From positions 6,593 through 70,592 of the forward strand of contig NW_021835465.1 of the NCBI RefSeq assembly GCF_006345805.1: a DNA stretch of 64,000 nt, written 5' to 3'. Shown piece by piece: positions 1 to 12,759 of this stretch; the first letter of the stretch is position 1; each line of letters begins with the position of its first letter. Source of the stretch: Octopus sinensis. Its lineage: Eukaryota. The notes beneath the pieces were generated by a model that saw only the letters and a list, made by a program, of their open reading frames with translations, searched no databases and was not told the DNA's origin. The translations under genes were made by a program, and so were the position numbers.

Positions 1-150
1 GAAGTGAGAAAGTCTTTTACATTTCGAGCCTACGCTCTTTGACAGAAAGGAACACAGAAATAAACAGAGAGAAAATAGAAAAGGTTTAGTGGCTAGCGAC
101 CTATCATGGCGAATGTCAGACAGAAGGGTCACACAGGAGAGCTAGGAAGA
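1..150 (-). mobile_element. PLE-associated non-autonomous repeat end (family HA), truncated by window edge
   Basis: Same sequence as 57385-57550 and, inverted, 27030-27270; carries an HHR-like motif. Confidence 0.6.
12..50 (-). ncRNA. Minimal hammerhead-like motif, family HA (degenerate copy)
   Basis: Minus strand CTTT-CTGTCAA-A-GAGC-GTAG-GCTC-GAAAT-GTA-AAAG: stems I and II intact; two CpG-type changes in the core. Confidence 0.55.
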
Positions 151-929
151 AGTACACACACATACATACACACACACACACACACATAATATATACACAC
201 GCACACACACACATCTATAACATATATATATTATGTTAATATATGTTGTGTTACAATATATGTGCTGTTATATATTATGCTACAATAGATATTATGTTGA
301 TATGTATTATGTTTCCCACTCAGTTTTTAGATTTTAAATACCTCTAGACGAAATGTTTGACTAAAAACTGTGTGGAAAATCTCAGTGTTGTGTTCTTGTG
401 TAAAGATCCACTACACTCAGGTGAATATGAGTACGAATAGCGCCGGGTTCGAGTAGAGCTGGAGGTTAATCCTACGGAAGCCGTATGTCCTCGAAAATCT
501 GAGTAACTCGGGCCTCATGAACTTGTAGGTTTGACCTCCTCATCAGACCCTCATGAACCTGCATGTTCGATGTAGAATATGGATATTTACAAATTCTTTC
601 TGAAATATTTACTAATTCTTCCTCAAATCCAATCCCTTATTGTTTGACAACAGGGAAAGACAAATCAGAAAATGTTCACATCTGATGTCTCTTGGCCATA
701 TGTCTGCTTGACCAGGTTTAGCCAAAGGAAAAAAAAGACCTCTGACGAGCTAGATCGAAATCTGTCCTTTCCTTTCACCATTTGCCTTCACTCAATATGG
801 TCTATATTTTTCGGTCAACTGATCCCTTTTTTTTTTCATGTCTACTGATTATTTGGATAATCTCAGTTGTTTGACATTTTCCAACTCACTATATTGCAGA
901 AGGGAAGCCCTACTGTAGTTACTCCTAGA

Positions 930-1200
930 TGGACTGGTCCATCTGAGAACTGGCTGTCTTCGCCCTCGGCAATTCACTGCAGTTGCAACGTTGACATAGT
1001 TGGAATTTTGTGACATATGACAAAAATGTAAATACAGAAAAAATGATAACTAAACTGAAATCAGTTATAAGGGTTAAGTTTCCCAAGGAGGTGTATGGTG
1101 AAAATGTGAAAGCAATTTTAATCGACAAGGAAAAATATAGCAAGTTGAAGGGAAAATGTCAAGTTGAACCACCAGGATTCGTGGTGGAGTTCGATGAATA
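930..1200 (-). mobile_element. Degenerate PLE ORF remnant (RT-thumb/linker region)
   Basis: Minus-strand WWFNLTFS..FFLVD*NCF..KLNPYN resembles the PLE WFNPPFS...FL.LID.HF motif, followed by CQRCNC. Confidence 0.4.
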
Positions 1201-1569
1201 CCGCCAGTAATAGAAGAAATAGAATCATATATAAAAGAGAGAGTTAATTGTTGTTTTTTTTAAAAAAAGGAGGTGGAAAAGGAAAAAAAAAAGAGTAAAC
1301 AAAATGATGCTAATAGTAAAAAATCACCGAAAAAGAGAAATATCATAAACTGGAAGTAAGAACGTTCAAATGGTACCGCATGTAAGTGGGGCGCATGCAG
1401 CCATTTCATCACTATCGGTTTCATTGTACATTTTTCCATTTTTCATTCGTTTTATGTTTTTTGTCCCCATTGTGGTGCTCTGTCTGTCCTTGCATCGTCC
1501 CCATCTGTGTATGAGCCTGAATGCTCAAATAATGAAGGAAGTTGCAACGTTGACAATAAATAAACCAAC

Positions 1570-1900
1570 AGATTAGTTTTCCAATGGTCACCCCATGGTT
1601 GCTTGGATTATCACAAGATCGCTACAAAATATAAGTGAGCAACCGTCAGTAGATTCGATACTTGACAACTCTCATCATTCTGAGACAATTCTAGAAGAGT
1701 TGCGTTGAAAGGTTATGAAACTGCCCCAGTGAACTAACCAACTACACAACCACTCGATCCAAACCCCATGTATCTTTGCCTTATCTCATCTCACTGCCCA
1801 CCACACACAGAGTTAACCACTTTATCCAATACACTTCCCAGAATCGTCTTCTCCAGGAATTATCTTCCTACACTCACCGTAGACTTACAGATGTTCAAAC
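1570..1900 (+). mobile_element. Possible degenerate PLE ORF remnant
   Basis: YLCLISSHCPPHTELTTLSNTLPRIVFSRNYLPTL resembles PLE FL.LI.KHFP...L..IFNRNT.K.SYSCMPN. Confidence 0.3.
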
Positions 1901-2427
1901 GGGAAGCGTATCACATATCGTACGCAAAACTCTTTCAGTTTAATATCACTACTCAAACAATACATACCGAATAACCATCATCATCATCATCATCAAATGA
2001 TTTGACTGGGAGGGGGGTGATTGTGTGGCCCGTACGCAGCACATATTCTGGGGTACAATCGTCAACACAGCGTGTAACACATGACATAGCGTACAGACTA
2101 CAAAAGCGTTACCCAATAAAATAGTACAAGACATATTCTTATACAAATGATAGCCGACTCACCAGACCTAAATTGTACACAGATGTCGCCCATTAATAGA
2201 ATACAATCTTGTCAGCTCAGACTCTACGCAATCACATAACACTTCACGTCGTCTCATATATAAAAGTCGACACCCAACGAAATAATCCATCTCACATCAC
2301 ACAAATCCGACACAACAAAAGAATGACTAAAACAACGCTAGGAACAATTAAATAGAGCAGACAAACCCTGAACTAAATCCCTCAAATACACATACACACA
2401 CATACACACGCATGCACACACACACAC

Positions 2428-2469
<42 letters not shown>

Positions 2470-2595
2470 ACACGCACACACACATCTCAGGAACGCGGTG
2501 ATGCAGTAGAAAATTGCATAAAATTGCTGAAAACATCATGTTGACGATGGTAATAACGGTGATGATAGTAATAGTAACAACAACAATAATAATAA

Positions 2596-2990
2596 TGATA
2601 ATCCTTTCTACTACAGGCACAAAGCCTGAAATGTACGGGGAGGAGGTAAGTCGATCACATCGACCCCAGTGTCTCACTGGTACTTATTTAATCGACCACC
2701 GAAAGGGTGAAAGGCAAAGTCAACCTCGGCGGAATTTGAACTTAGAACGTCGTGGTGGACAAAATACCTATTTCTTTACTACCCACAAGGGGCTAAACAC
2801 AGAGAGGACAAAGAAGGACAGACAAACGGATAAAGTCGATTAGATCAACCCCAGTGCGTAACTGGTACTTATTTAATCGACCCCGAAAGGATGAAAGGCA
2901 AAATCGACCTCGGCGGAATTTGAACTCAGAACGTCGCGGTGGACAAAATACCGCTAAGCATTGCCGCCGGCGTGCTAACAATTTTGCCAA
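2596..2990 (-). mobile_element. SINE-B (tRNA head, Nin/Deu-like body), dimeric copy with tail A then tail B
   Basis: Two bodies containing CCTTTCGGGGTCGATTAAATAAGTACCAG-type segments and two different 3' tails in tandem. Confidence 0.85.
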
Positions 2991-3009
2991 AGAAGAATTT
3001 CTTTTGTCT

Positions 3010-3355
3010 GCCACCAGAGTGAATGATGAGAGGGACAAAACAAGGACAGACAAAATGTTTGGGTTTGCATTCATAAAAAACATGGATGTACACACGGTGT
3101 GTAATAAAACGGAGAATGGGAAAAATGGATGATAGCGTTGTGGTTCTCCGAATACAAGAATGGATAAAATGGATGATAAAAGGGATTAAGTCGAGTACAT
3201 CGACCCAGTGCATAACTGGTACTTATTCAATCGGCCCCGAAAGGACGAAAGGCAAAATCGACCTCGGCGGAATTTGAACTCAGAACGTAACGGCAGACGA
3301 AATACAGCTAAGCATTTCGCCCTGCGTGCTAACATTTCTGCTTGCTCACCACCCT
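3010..3355 (-). mobile_element. SINE-B copy
   Basis: Matches the family consensus seen at 19303 and 54383. Confidence 0.8.
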
Positions 3356-3399
3356 AATATATATTGCTAAAGTGGAATATTCACCGATCATATTGACCA

Positions 3400-3855
3400 A
3401 CTGGTAGAAGGCTGTAAGCGTCTGACGATACTCTAGGTGCCAGGAGCCCAGTCTTTCCTTCACCCAGTACTGCAGAAATACGTGTCTCACAAACGGAGCC
3501 AATACATGTTTACCGTTTAGAAATCGTTGCAGATGACAACCTGAGAGCGTGTCTGCGCGTCAGAAGCCACTGCATACCTAAGCTGCCATGCAGAGGGTAT
3601 TGGCAATAGACTGATCACCTGACCATTGGAACGTGTTCCTTCCACAAGAAAGTAAATAAGAGATTCTCCAGTCTGATCAAACCAGGGCAGGAGACGATGG
3701 TCAGGCGATAAATAGCGACGGGGCCGATGTAGGCAGCCACCACTTCTGCCCGACCTTTCAGGCACATCTTCTCAGCTCATTTCTGAGTAAGACTGGCCAC
3801 CCTGTTCGTCACCTCGACCCAGTTTCTATTCACCTGGGAGTCAGGACCAAGTAAA
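3400..3855 (-). mobile_element. Tx1/L1-like LINE ORF2 fragment (post-RT region)
   Basis: Frameshifted translation LGPDSQVNRNWVEVTNRVASLTQK...LKGRAEVV...YRLT...LFTFLWK...GSLGM, typical of L1-clade ORF2. Confidence 0.75.
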
Positions 3856-4795
3856 TCAATGTATCGTATTTAGTAAGAAATTATTGCTGTTACTCAGTGA
3901 GTACATAAATGACAGCACTACCTCGTAGAAAGACGAGCTAACCTTAATACATACCGACAAAGTGTCCAATTTAGGCTTCATAAATCTTGTAAATGCGAAA
4001 TGAAGAATGACAAAAACGTTTTGACATATCAGCGTGAAAAAGAAAATATATGCGCTGATATCTTGTCTCGATCTATTCTGTTGAACGAAAATATAATTTT
4101 CTTCAAAATATTCATGAAGAATTGTGTCATCCAGGTGTGAGCAGACTGTTGCATAATGTAAAGGTAAAAACCTTCAATTTTCTATTAATGATATTCATAA
4201 AATCTCTAATGCCTGCCGTATTTGCTTCGAAATAAATTTACGTTTTTTTCTTTTCAATTAACACTTGTAAAATCATTTAAGGAAATAGAAATTTTTATAA
4301 AGAAATTGAACGAATCTCATTGAATTTTTGTGAGACATAAACATCAATATCGCGCAACATGCTTTCGTGGCGGCAGTTCATAACTCTTCTCGTTAATCTG
4401 TTAATATTCTCTCAACTAATATTCTGTCTCAACCCCATGGCTGATATCTCAAAAGACTTTTCATTAGAATTCCTGATACAATCCATCGCCATATGATGGC
4501 TATTCTTGTTTAGCTCACTCAAAATGGAACTCTTGGTTTTATCCACATTAATAGAGAAAGGGGCTTAATTTGTGTCAAGAGAAGGGTAAAATCCTCCAAA
4601 TCAATAAAGAACTGTGTAAAGCAGAAACTTTTTCCAAATCATGGAACCACACAGATTTTGGTTTGCAAAGCGTTCATTATACTGCACACGTAAATACGTA
4701 TATACGTATACACACATACATACATACATACATACATACATACATACATACATACATACATGTCTAACGCATACGTACATACATACATATGTATG

Positions 4796-4833
4796 TACGT
4801 CAGACGAAGGCTAGCAAGCCGAAACTTCGAAGT
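4796..4833 (+). ncRNA. Degenerate minimal hammerhead-like motif
   Basis: CAGACGA-A-GGCT-AGCA-AGCC-GAAAC-TTC; stem II perfect, core has two substitutions. Confidence 0.4.
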
Positions 4834-5047
4834 CCCTGTCACCCCTCTTCTTGTAATAGTATAATAGATATATACTCTACAAAAAGTATTGAGTAATTTT
4901 TCGGTTTAATGTTAAATTGTTTTTATCGTAACTCGACATAAAAACATACATACATACATACATACATACATACATACATACATACATACATACATACATT
5001 CAAGCGTACACACACACACATACATAAGTGATCAATTTGTTGAAGTA

Positions 5048-5425
5048 GACGCAGGAATGGCTGCGTGGTAAGTAGCTTGCTTAGCAAGAACATGGTTCCG
5101 TTTTCAGTCCCACTGCGTGACAACTTGGGTGGGTGTCTTCTGGTGTGTTCTTGGGCCGACCAAGGTCTTGTGAATGGATTTGGTAGGCGGAAACTGAAAG
5201 AAGCCCGTCGTGTATATATATGTATGTGTGTATATGTTTGTGTGTGTGTTTGTCCCCTCACCATCGCTTGACAACCGATGCTGGTGTATTTACATGCCCG
5301 TCACTTAGCGGTTCGGCAAAGGAGACCGATAGAATAAGTACTAGGCTTACAATTTGTTCGACTAAAGGCGGTGCTTCAGCATGGTCGCAGTCAAATGACT
5401 GAGACAAATAAAAGAATAAAAGAAC
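5048..5425 (+). mobile_element. SINE-A (tRNA head, CORE-like segment, internal TA/TG microsatellite, AAAAGAGT-type tail)
   Basis: Diverged match to copies at 21790 and 59481. Confidence 0.85.
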
Positions 5426-5564
5426 ATTGAAATGTATTGAGAAATTCTCTTAAATGCAATCAACAACGGGGAAATTATCCAAAGATAAAGATCTGGGAAT
5501 TAAGATAACCAAGATGTGGGGAGTGGAAAGAGAAATAATTTAATGGTTTCTGTCTTAAGAACCA

Positions 5565-5750
5565 GGCCAACTTTTGAGGGAAAGGATTTAATCAATACCA
5601 TCGATCTCAGTACTTGACGGGGACTTTATGTTATTGGGTCGAAAATGATGGAAGACAAATGTGACTTCGGTGGAATTTGAACTCAGAACGTAAAGTGCTG
5701 TGACAATTAGCACAAAGCAATTTTTCTGATGCTCTAAGAATTTTGCTGGC
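5565..5750 (-). mobile_element. SINE-B, old diverged copy
   Basis: Retains CTTCGGTGGAATTTGAACTCAGAACG and a tail-B remnant. Confidence 0.6.
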
Positions 5751-6009
5751 TTAACAATGATTAGGTGGATTAGGAATGATTAGAATAGACTGCGATGAAT
5801 ACAAGGGCACTCAGCACAGAGACAATATCACTGTTAGAAACATATTATGCAGAGTATATACAACACAATGGGAAATCGAAAGCCAAAAGTATAACACAAC
5901 TGGGAACCAAGCCTATTCAGAACGGCTCTCAGTTGTGCATTGAAAGTACGCAATAAAAATATAAGTACGTTACCCTACTTGCAAACAAATGTGGTAACAT
6001 GTAACAATA

Positions 6010-6305
6010 TTGACGAGGTTACCGTGGTCTTTTCCGTAGGCTTTTTTTCCCACGGATAAACCTTATCTGCTTCCCCCTTTACACCTTACATCATGACAGT
6101 GTGATACACGATCCCTATTGATCGTTTTTTTCCCTTTTTTCTTCTTCCTTCTTTTTTTCTTTTATTTCTTTTATTTTTTTCTTCTTTCCCTTTTACGATC
6201 CCTTTTCATCGAAAAGCTACCCCACTTTTTTTCCCCCAAAAAAGAAAAGCTCTACTTTGTAATCTGTCCCGTCTATGTGCAGCCCTGTGTAGCTAATAAA
6301 GAAAC
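6010..6305 (+). mobile_element. Tx1/L1-like LINE 3' UTR ending in (TATC)n
   Basis: GAGGTTACCGTGGTCTTTTCC...AGCCCTGTGTAGCTAATAAAGAAACA, homologous to 7370-7670 and 28893-29143. Confidence 0.8.
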
Positions 6306-6492
<187 letters not shown>

Positions 6493-7670
6493 TCAGGTGT
6501 GCTCGCCGTTTGTGAAGCACGCATTCCCGCAACTCGTCTCCATGACCGAACTGCAGTCGTGGATCAAAAAGAGGCAGAGGAAGGGCGAATGGCACCGCGA
6601 GTGTCGCGTTGCTCTCAAGCAACTCTGCCGTCCCGGGTCGACCTTGAGTGACTTCAACACAACCAAAGCATTCTATAGGGGATTAGTGGAGGGGAGGTAC
6701 GACGACGATCTCGGGGCAAACCTGGGCGTCGACGAGGAATACCTGACTCGCCTGTTTCAAACGACTTTCGGCCCGACCTATGGACAACTTCCAGAGATCC
6801 CTGGCCTGGTGGTGCTACCGAGAAGCGCTACCAGTTCGGGATAAGCTCTATAGGCATGGCTCGAGAAACACGGGGCCGACCTGCCCGAGATGCGGTCAGA
6901 GCGACGAAAGCGCTCTGCACGCAATCGTGCAGTGTCCAGCAATTTCCGACCTGTGGGCTTATGTCAAACGACTGCTGTCACGTGTGGGACGTGTCGGTTT
7001 ATCAGCCGAGTCTATCGTTAATATCGTCACGCCTCCTTCCTTCAAACGGGAAGGAAGAGCTATTTTTATCATACTTGTGGCTATGGCGAAAGAATGTATC
7101 TGGTGGACGCGCCTGAAAGGATTAGAGACAAACACTTTCCTCTCTGGTCAATCTCTCATCAACTTCTTCAAGTATCACTTGAAGAGGAAAGTGAGAGTAG
7201 AAAGGCAAGTTTTGTCTAGTGAATGTTTAAAAAAAATGGGTGAATGTAGCAAGGATGGCACGTATGAATGACGAAGCCACCTTGACTATGATTCTATGAA
7301 CCGTAAAAATTAATACAGAGAGTTGCTTATTTGCAAAAAAAAAAAGAAATATAACATGTGACTTCATTGACCGAGGTTACCGTGGTCTTTTCCATAGGCT
7401 TTTCTTTCCACGGGTAAACCTCACCTGTCCTCCCCTTTACACTTCATATTGACATTTCTGTGATTACGATCCCTATTGATCAACTTTTTTTTTCCTCTCC
7501 CCTTTTCTTCCCCCCCTTTTTTTAAATCCTCCCCTTTTTTTGTCCTCTTTCTTTCCTTTTACGATCCCTTTTGATCGAAAACCAACCCCCTTTTTTTTAC
7601 AGCCAAAAGAAAAGCTCTACCTTGTAATTTGTTCTGTCTGTGTGTAGCCTTGTGTGGCTAATAAAGAAAC
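6493..7670 (+). mobile_element. 5'-truncated Tx1/L1-like LINE: ORF2 C-terminus with zinc-knuckle plus 3' UTR
   Basis: ORFs 6497-6844 and 6780-7271 (CPRCGQSDESALHAIVQCPAISDLW, zf-RVT-like); AATAAA; (TATC)n tail. Confidence 0.85.
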
Positions 7671-7735
7671 ATATCTATCTATCTGTCTGTGTGTCTGTAT
7701 GTCTGTGTGTCTGTATGTCTGTCTATCTGTCTGTG

Positions 7736-7801
<66 letters not shown>

Positions 7802-7861
7802 ACTATCTATCTGTGTGTGTGTGTGTGTGTGTGTGTCTGTCTGTCTGTGTGTCTGTCTGTG

Positions 7862-7915
<54 letters not shown>
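7671..7915. repeat. (TATC)/(TGTC)/(TG) compound microsatellite
   Basis: Direct reading. Confidence 0.95.
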
Positions 7916-8666
7916 CCGGCTCATTTTCCGAATAGAATGCCAACCAACCAACCAACCACCTAATCACCTGACTAGCCGAGCTAGCTGCCCAGCCGGCCAG
8001 CGGCCAGTCGGCTAGCCGACCAGCCGTCGAGCCAGCCAGCTATCTACTTTACGTTGCACGTCATTCAGCACCTGCACAGACCTTCCCAGAACATATTATC
8101 ACACACAATCGTAGCGAGACGACCACTTCCGCCTGTTACGCTGGTCGTTTCCGCTGGATTGCTTTAGTCAAAACTCCACCCATTGTAACATTGTACCCTC
8201 CACTCCAGTACCATCACCACTTTATACACACACAAGCACCTACACATGCCATACACACCCAGAGACACATAGACACACGCACACACACACACACAAACAC
8301 ACATGTGTAGACGTGCAGACACGCATTCAGACTGGTAACCAGAGAGACAGACAGCCAGCTAGACAGGTATACACACACACACACACAGACGCACGCAAAC
8401 ACAAACACATAGACGCACACAAACACATACACAGCATGCATGCATATTAGGCACATATACACGCACAAACGCTCCACCCTGTTTCCTCACGCCACTTACA
8501 GACACAACACACGTGTGTATATAATGCATGCACAAACTCCGATTACACATACCATTCAAATAAGCATTTACACATACTGTGACACACACACACACTCACA
8601 TACACAAAAATTACCCTGACCCCTTATACTACTCACAGACACGCGTAAACATAAAAATTTGAAGAA

Positions 8667-9053
8667 GAAGCACTCCGTCGGTTACGACGATGAGGGCTCC
8701 GGTTGATCCGATTAACGGAACAGCCTGCTCGTGAAATTAACGTGTAAATGGCTGGCTGAGTACTCCACAGACACGTGTACCCTTAACGTAGTTCTCGGGG
8801 ATATTCAGCGTGACACAGAGAGTGACAAGGCCGGCCCTTTGAAATACAGGTACAACAGAAACAGGAAGTAAGAGTGAGAGAAAGTTGTGGTGAAAGAGTA
8901 CAGCAGGGATCACCACCATCCCCTGCCGGAGCCTCGTGGAGCTTTAGGTGGTTTCGCTCAATAAACACTCACAACGCCCGGTCTGGGAATCGAAACCGCG
9001 ATCCTACGACCGCGAGTCCGCTGCCCTAAACCACTGGGCCATTGCGCCTCCAC
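8667..9053 (-). mobile_element. SINE-C (tRNA head GTGGAGGCGCAATGGCCCAGTGG), tail type 1
   Basis: A/B boxes on the minus strand; body shared with 39403, 48160 and 62929. Confidence 0.85.
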
Positions 9054-10055
9054 CATAAAAATTTATATATATACATATGCATATAGACACATATATACTG
9101 CCCCGCTTATTTAGAACTTCTCACAAATATCCATTTGTTCAGATATACATAGGCTAACCTCAGTTTCATACAGTATCTCCAGGTATGGTTATCTAGAGAG
9201 TTCTATGATGACCATCTTCTTTAATCGTGGGCCCTTTGATGATTGTAGTTCGTAAAGAACTGCAGCAACGGAATATGCAACCGCGCGGACGACCGAAGAA
9301 ACAAGACTGCTACCGGCCATGCTATACCTACCGTGTGTCTTCACGGACGAAAAAAATACGGAAGTGGTGATATTTCATTGCTGTAGACAGTCACGATAAA
9401 CCCGACTACCGCAGCGATAACGACCAGTACCTGAGATCCAGGATATATGGTCCACACTGCAGAAGATAATCTACACAATAATTCATTATAGTAGTTTTAG
9501 GAGTTCGCATTTCCCGTTATCTTCATTATCTTCATCGTGAAATAGATAGATCAAGTGGTATGGGTAACTCTAGACGAGTGGTACTCCTTCTCAGCTGCAG
9601 TCTGTTTGAAACTACTTGAAGATCATCGTCACAGCTATTTTCTGTCTCATTGTGTACTCTCTAGAATTTGTCTTACTAAACGCAACTGCAAGATAGAGAG
9701 ATAGAGAGGTTGCCTTCGTCACAAAAAGAAACCCTATCCAGCCTTCTCCTAGACAAATGTCCCAACAAGATCTAGGGGTCAATCACTCACAAAGTGGCCT
9801 TACAATACGCTCGTGCACCATCTCGGGTACTGCTATGTCCTCAGACACTAATGCTAGATATCTGTTGGCCATATTCTGGTTTCAGCCGTCCTTTTGACAG
9901 GTCATGTTTTTTTCTGTATTGCTCAATTTTCAAGCAATTGACCCCCACCCACTAATTTGGTCTAGTGAAGGGTTTCAGTTTTGCCACCACTGACCTGACC
10001 ATGAAAAAGGTTTAACTGGACATATGCTGCCAGTGGCCTGACATACACAGCCACA

Positions 10056-10145
<90 letters not shown>

Positions 10146-10604
10146 AAGAGAGCACGTGTGTCTCAAGAGGTTTAACGAAATCGCACACGCACTAGAAAAA
10201 AGCTTCTTTCCAAAAAAGATTAGTAACATCCTCATAAAAAATTTCATAACATTAAAAAGAAAAGTTTTTAAAATCACCTCTACACTTCCAAAACTGTATT
10301 AAGTGATCCTCATAGACTTTCAAATATATATACATATATATGATTACATCCATGTAGGCTACTTATGGTTCCGTAGATCACTAATAAGACATGTATGCAC
10401 TCAGACAGAGGCTAAGCCTGCTATTTCAGATTCTTCACTGATATATAGATGTTAGCACACGGACGTAGATATATACACATACGCAAAATGACCCTCATAT
10501 CTGTAGACTTCGTAAGGACACACATACACACATAAACACTACATAAACGATGACCACTCACACACACATTCGCAAAGACACAAACATCCACTCACACAGG
10601 CTAT

Positions 10605-10608
10605 CCTA

Positions 10609-10646
<38 letters not shown>

Positions 10647-10757
10647 CTCTCTCTCTCTCTCTCTTCACTCTCTCTCTCTCTCTCTCTCTCGTCACACACT
10701 TTCTCTCTCCACTCTCTCTCTCTCTCTTCACTCTCTCTCCCCCTTCACTTACTCTCA

Positions 10758-10791
<34 letters not shown>

Positions 10792-10832
10792 CACTCTCTC
10801 TCTCTCTCCACTCTCTCTCCCTTCACTCTCTC

Positions 10833-10863
<31 letters not shown>

Positions 10864-10980
10864 TATCTCTTCACCCTCTCTCTTCACACACACTCTCCCT
10901 CTCCACACTTTCTCTCTCCACTCTCTCTCCCTTCACTCTCTCTCTCCCTCCACTCTCACTCACTCTCTCTCTCTCACAGA
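10605..10980. repeat. (CT)n-rich degenerate repeat with recurring CTTCACTCTCTC unit
   Basis: Direct reading. Confidence 0.9.
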
Positions 10981-11434
10981 CATGCATACCCTAACCGGTT
11001 TACCTAGATCGCACTTTCACCCATCGGTGTGTACACGGATTTTGGCCAGCACTCGTTAGATCGACCACTCACTCACATACTCATGCTAATATCAAACTAG
11101 TGCCCGATCACCTTGACCACTAACACAAGCTCATATACGTACACAGTCACATGCATACACACATGCACACAATAAAAAAAGTTATAAAGGCTACCACCCG
11201 TTTTCCTACCCGTATTTGTAAGCTCCATCCTCCCTTCTCGTCTCTCCATCTGTTTGTGCAGTGAAGCAGAAAGATAGACAATCTCTAGTCTTCAGCTGCA
11301 GGATACATTTTGTTTGGTTTATACACACTCTCACACACATACACACACATACACACACACACAGACATTACATAAATACATATATATATATACATAGTTC
11401 ATAACATTCATACATACATACATACATACATACA

Positions 11435-11470
<36 letters not shown>

Positions 11471-12021
11471 TATATGGGTGTGTATGTGTGTGTATGTGTG
11501 TGTGTGTATGTGTGTGTGTGTATGTGTATGTGTGTGTGTTTATATCTTATATATATAAATATATATGTACGTATATATACACACACACACACACACATAT
11601 ATACAGTAGTACTAAAGGCGTATTGTGGTGTAGTGGTGGTGGGCGATATAGCTGTGGGGTTAGTCGTAGTCTAGTGGTAGTGTGGTGATGATGGTTGCTG
11701 TGTAGTGGAGGTAATAGTGCAGTGGTTATGTACTAGATTTGGAGTTACTGCAGTGATAGTGTTGGTGATATAACAGTGGAAGGGTTAGTAGGTGTAGTAG
11801 TCGTGAGGATGGTTCGAGGATCTTGTTCGGGAACTGATAACTTAAAATATAATGGCTATTAGCATGATGGCAGAAAGGCGATTTTCACAGTTCTATAACG
11901 ATCATATCATATTCTCTACATTCTCTCTCTCTCTTTTCTCTCTGCCTCTGCCTGTCTGCCTGTCTGCCTGTCTGCCTGTCTGCCTGCCAGTCTGTCTGTC
12001 TGTCTCTGTCTCTATGTCTCT

Positions 12022-12064
<43 letters not shown>

Positions 12065-12076
12065 CTTCATTGTCTC

Positions 12077-12110
12077 TCTCTGACAAAAGGTGTTAGTCCG
12101 AAACGTCGGA
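12077..12110 (+). ncRNA. Weak hammerhead-like motif
   Basis: TCT-CTGACAA-AA-GG-TGTTAGT-CC-GAAAC-GTC-GGA; short stem II, G8 altered. Confidence 0.3.
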
Positions 12111-12212
12111 TTTGTGTTTCCTTACGTAAATCAAACTATATTTCTCTTTGTTCTATAAGATTTTATTGATTACATTTTACCAACACAGACAACAACAGTA
12201 TATATATATATA

Positions 12213-12630
12213 CTCTTTTACTCTTTTTACTCTTTTACTTGTTTCAGTCATTTGACTGCGGCCATGCTGGAGCACCGCCTTTAATCGAGTAAATCGACCC
12301 CAGGACTTATTCTTTTGTAAGCCCAGTACTTATTCTATCGGTCTCTTTTGCCGAACCGCTAAGTGACGGGGACATAAACACACCACCATTGGTTGTCAAG
12401 CAATGCTAGGGGGACAAACACAGACACACAAACACACACACATACATATATATATATACATATATACGACGGGCTTCTTTCAGTTTCCGTCTACCAAATC
12501 CACTCACAAGGCTTTGGTCGGCCCGAAGCTATAGTAGAAGACACTTGCCCAAGATGCCACGCAGTGGGACTGAACCCGGAACCATGTGGTTGGTAGACAA
12601 GCTACTTACCACACAGCCACTCCTGCGCCT
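12213..12630 (-). mobile_element. SINE-A full-length, inserted in (TA)n
   Basis: Near-identical reverse complement of 59481-59885. Confidence 0.9.
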
Positions 12631-12759
12631 ATATATATATATATATATATATGCATACATGGGTACAGGACGTCACCAACAGTAAACAACATGAAATACG
12701 CAAACAACGAGAGATACAAAAGGAAAACTGGACAAGTAACATAAAGAACATAAACCTAG

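Noticed and set aside
530-770. CTGATGA (minus, ~545) and CTGACGA (plus, ~742) as hammerhead cores
   Set aside because: No stem II closed by GAAA with a matching stem I could be built.
1010-1210. 66-aa plus-strand ORF as LINE ORF1 or host gene
   Set aside because: The opposite strand gives a better match to PLE motifs; no splice or start context.
981-1555. 16-bp direct repeat AGTTGCAACGTTGACA at 981-996 and 1540-1555 as a possible TSD
   Set aside because: No recognisable element ends or tail between them, and the left copy lies inside a PLE-like frame, so an insertion cannot be supported.
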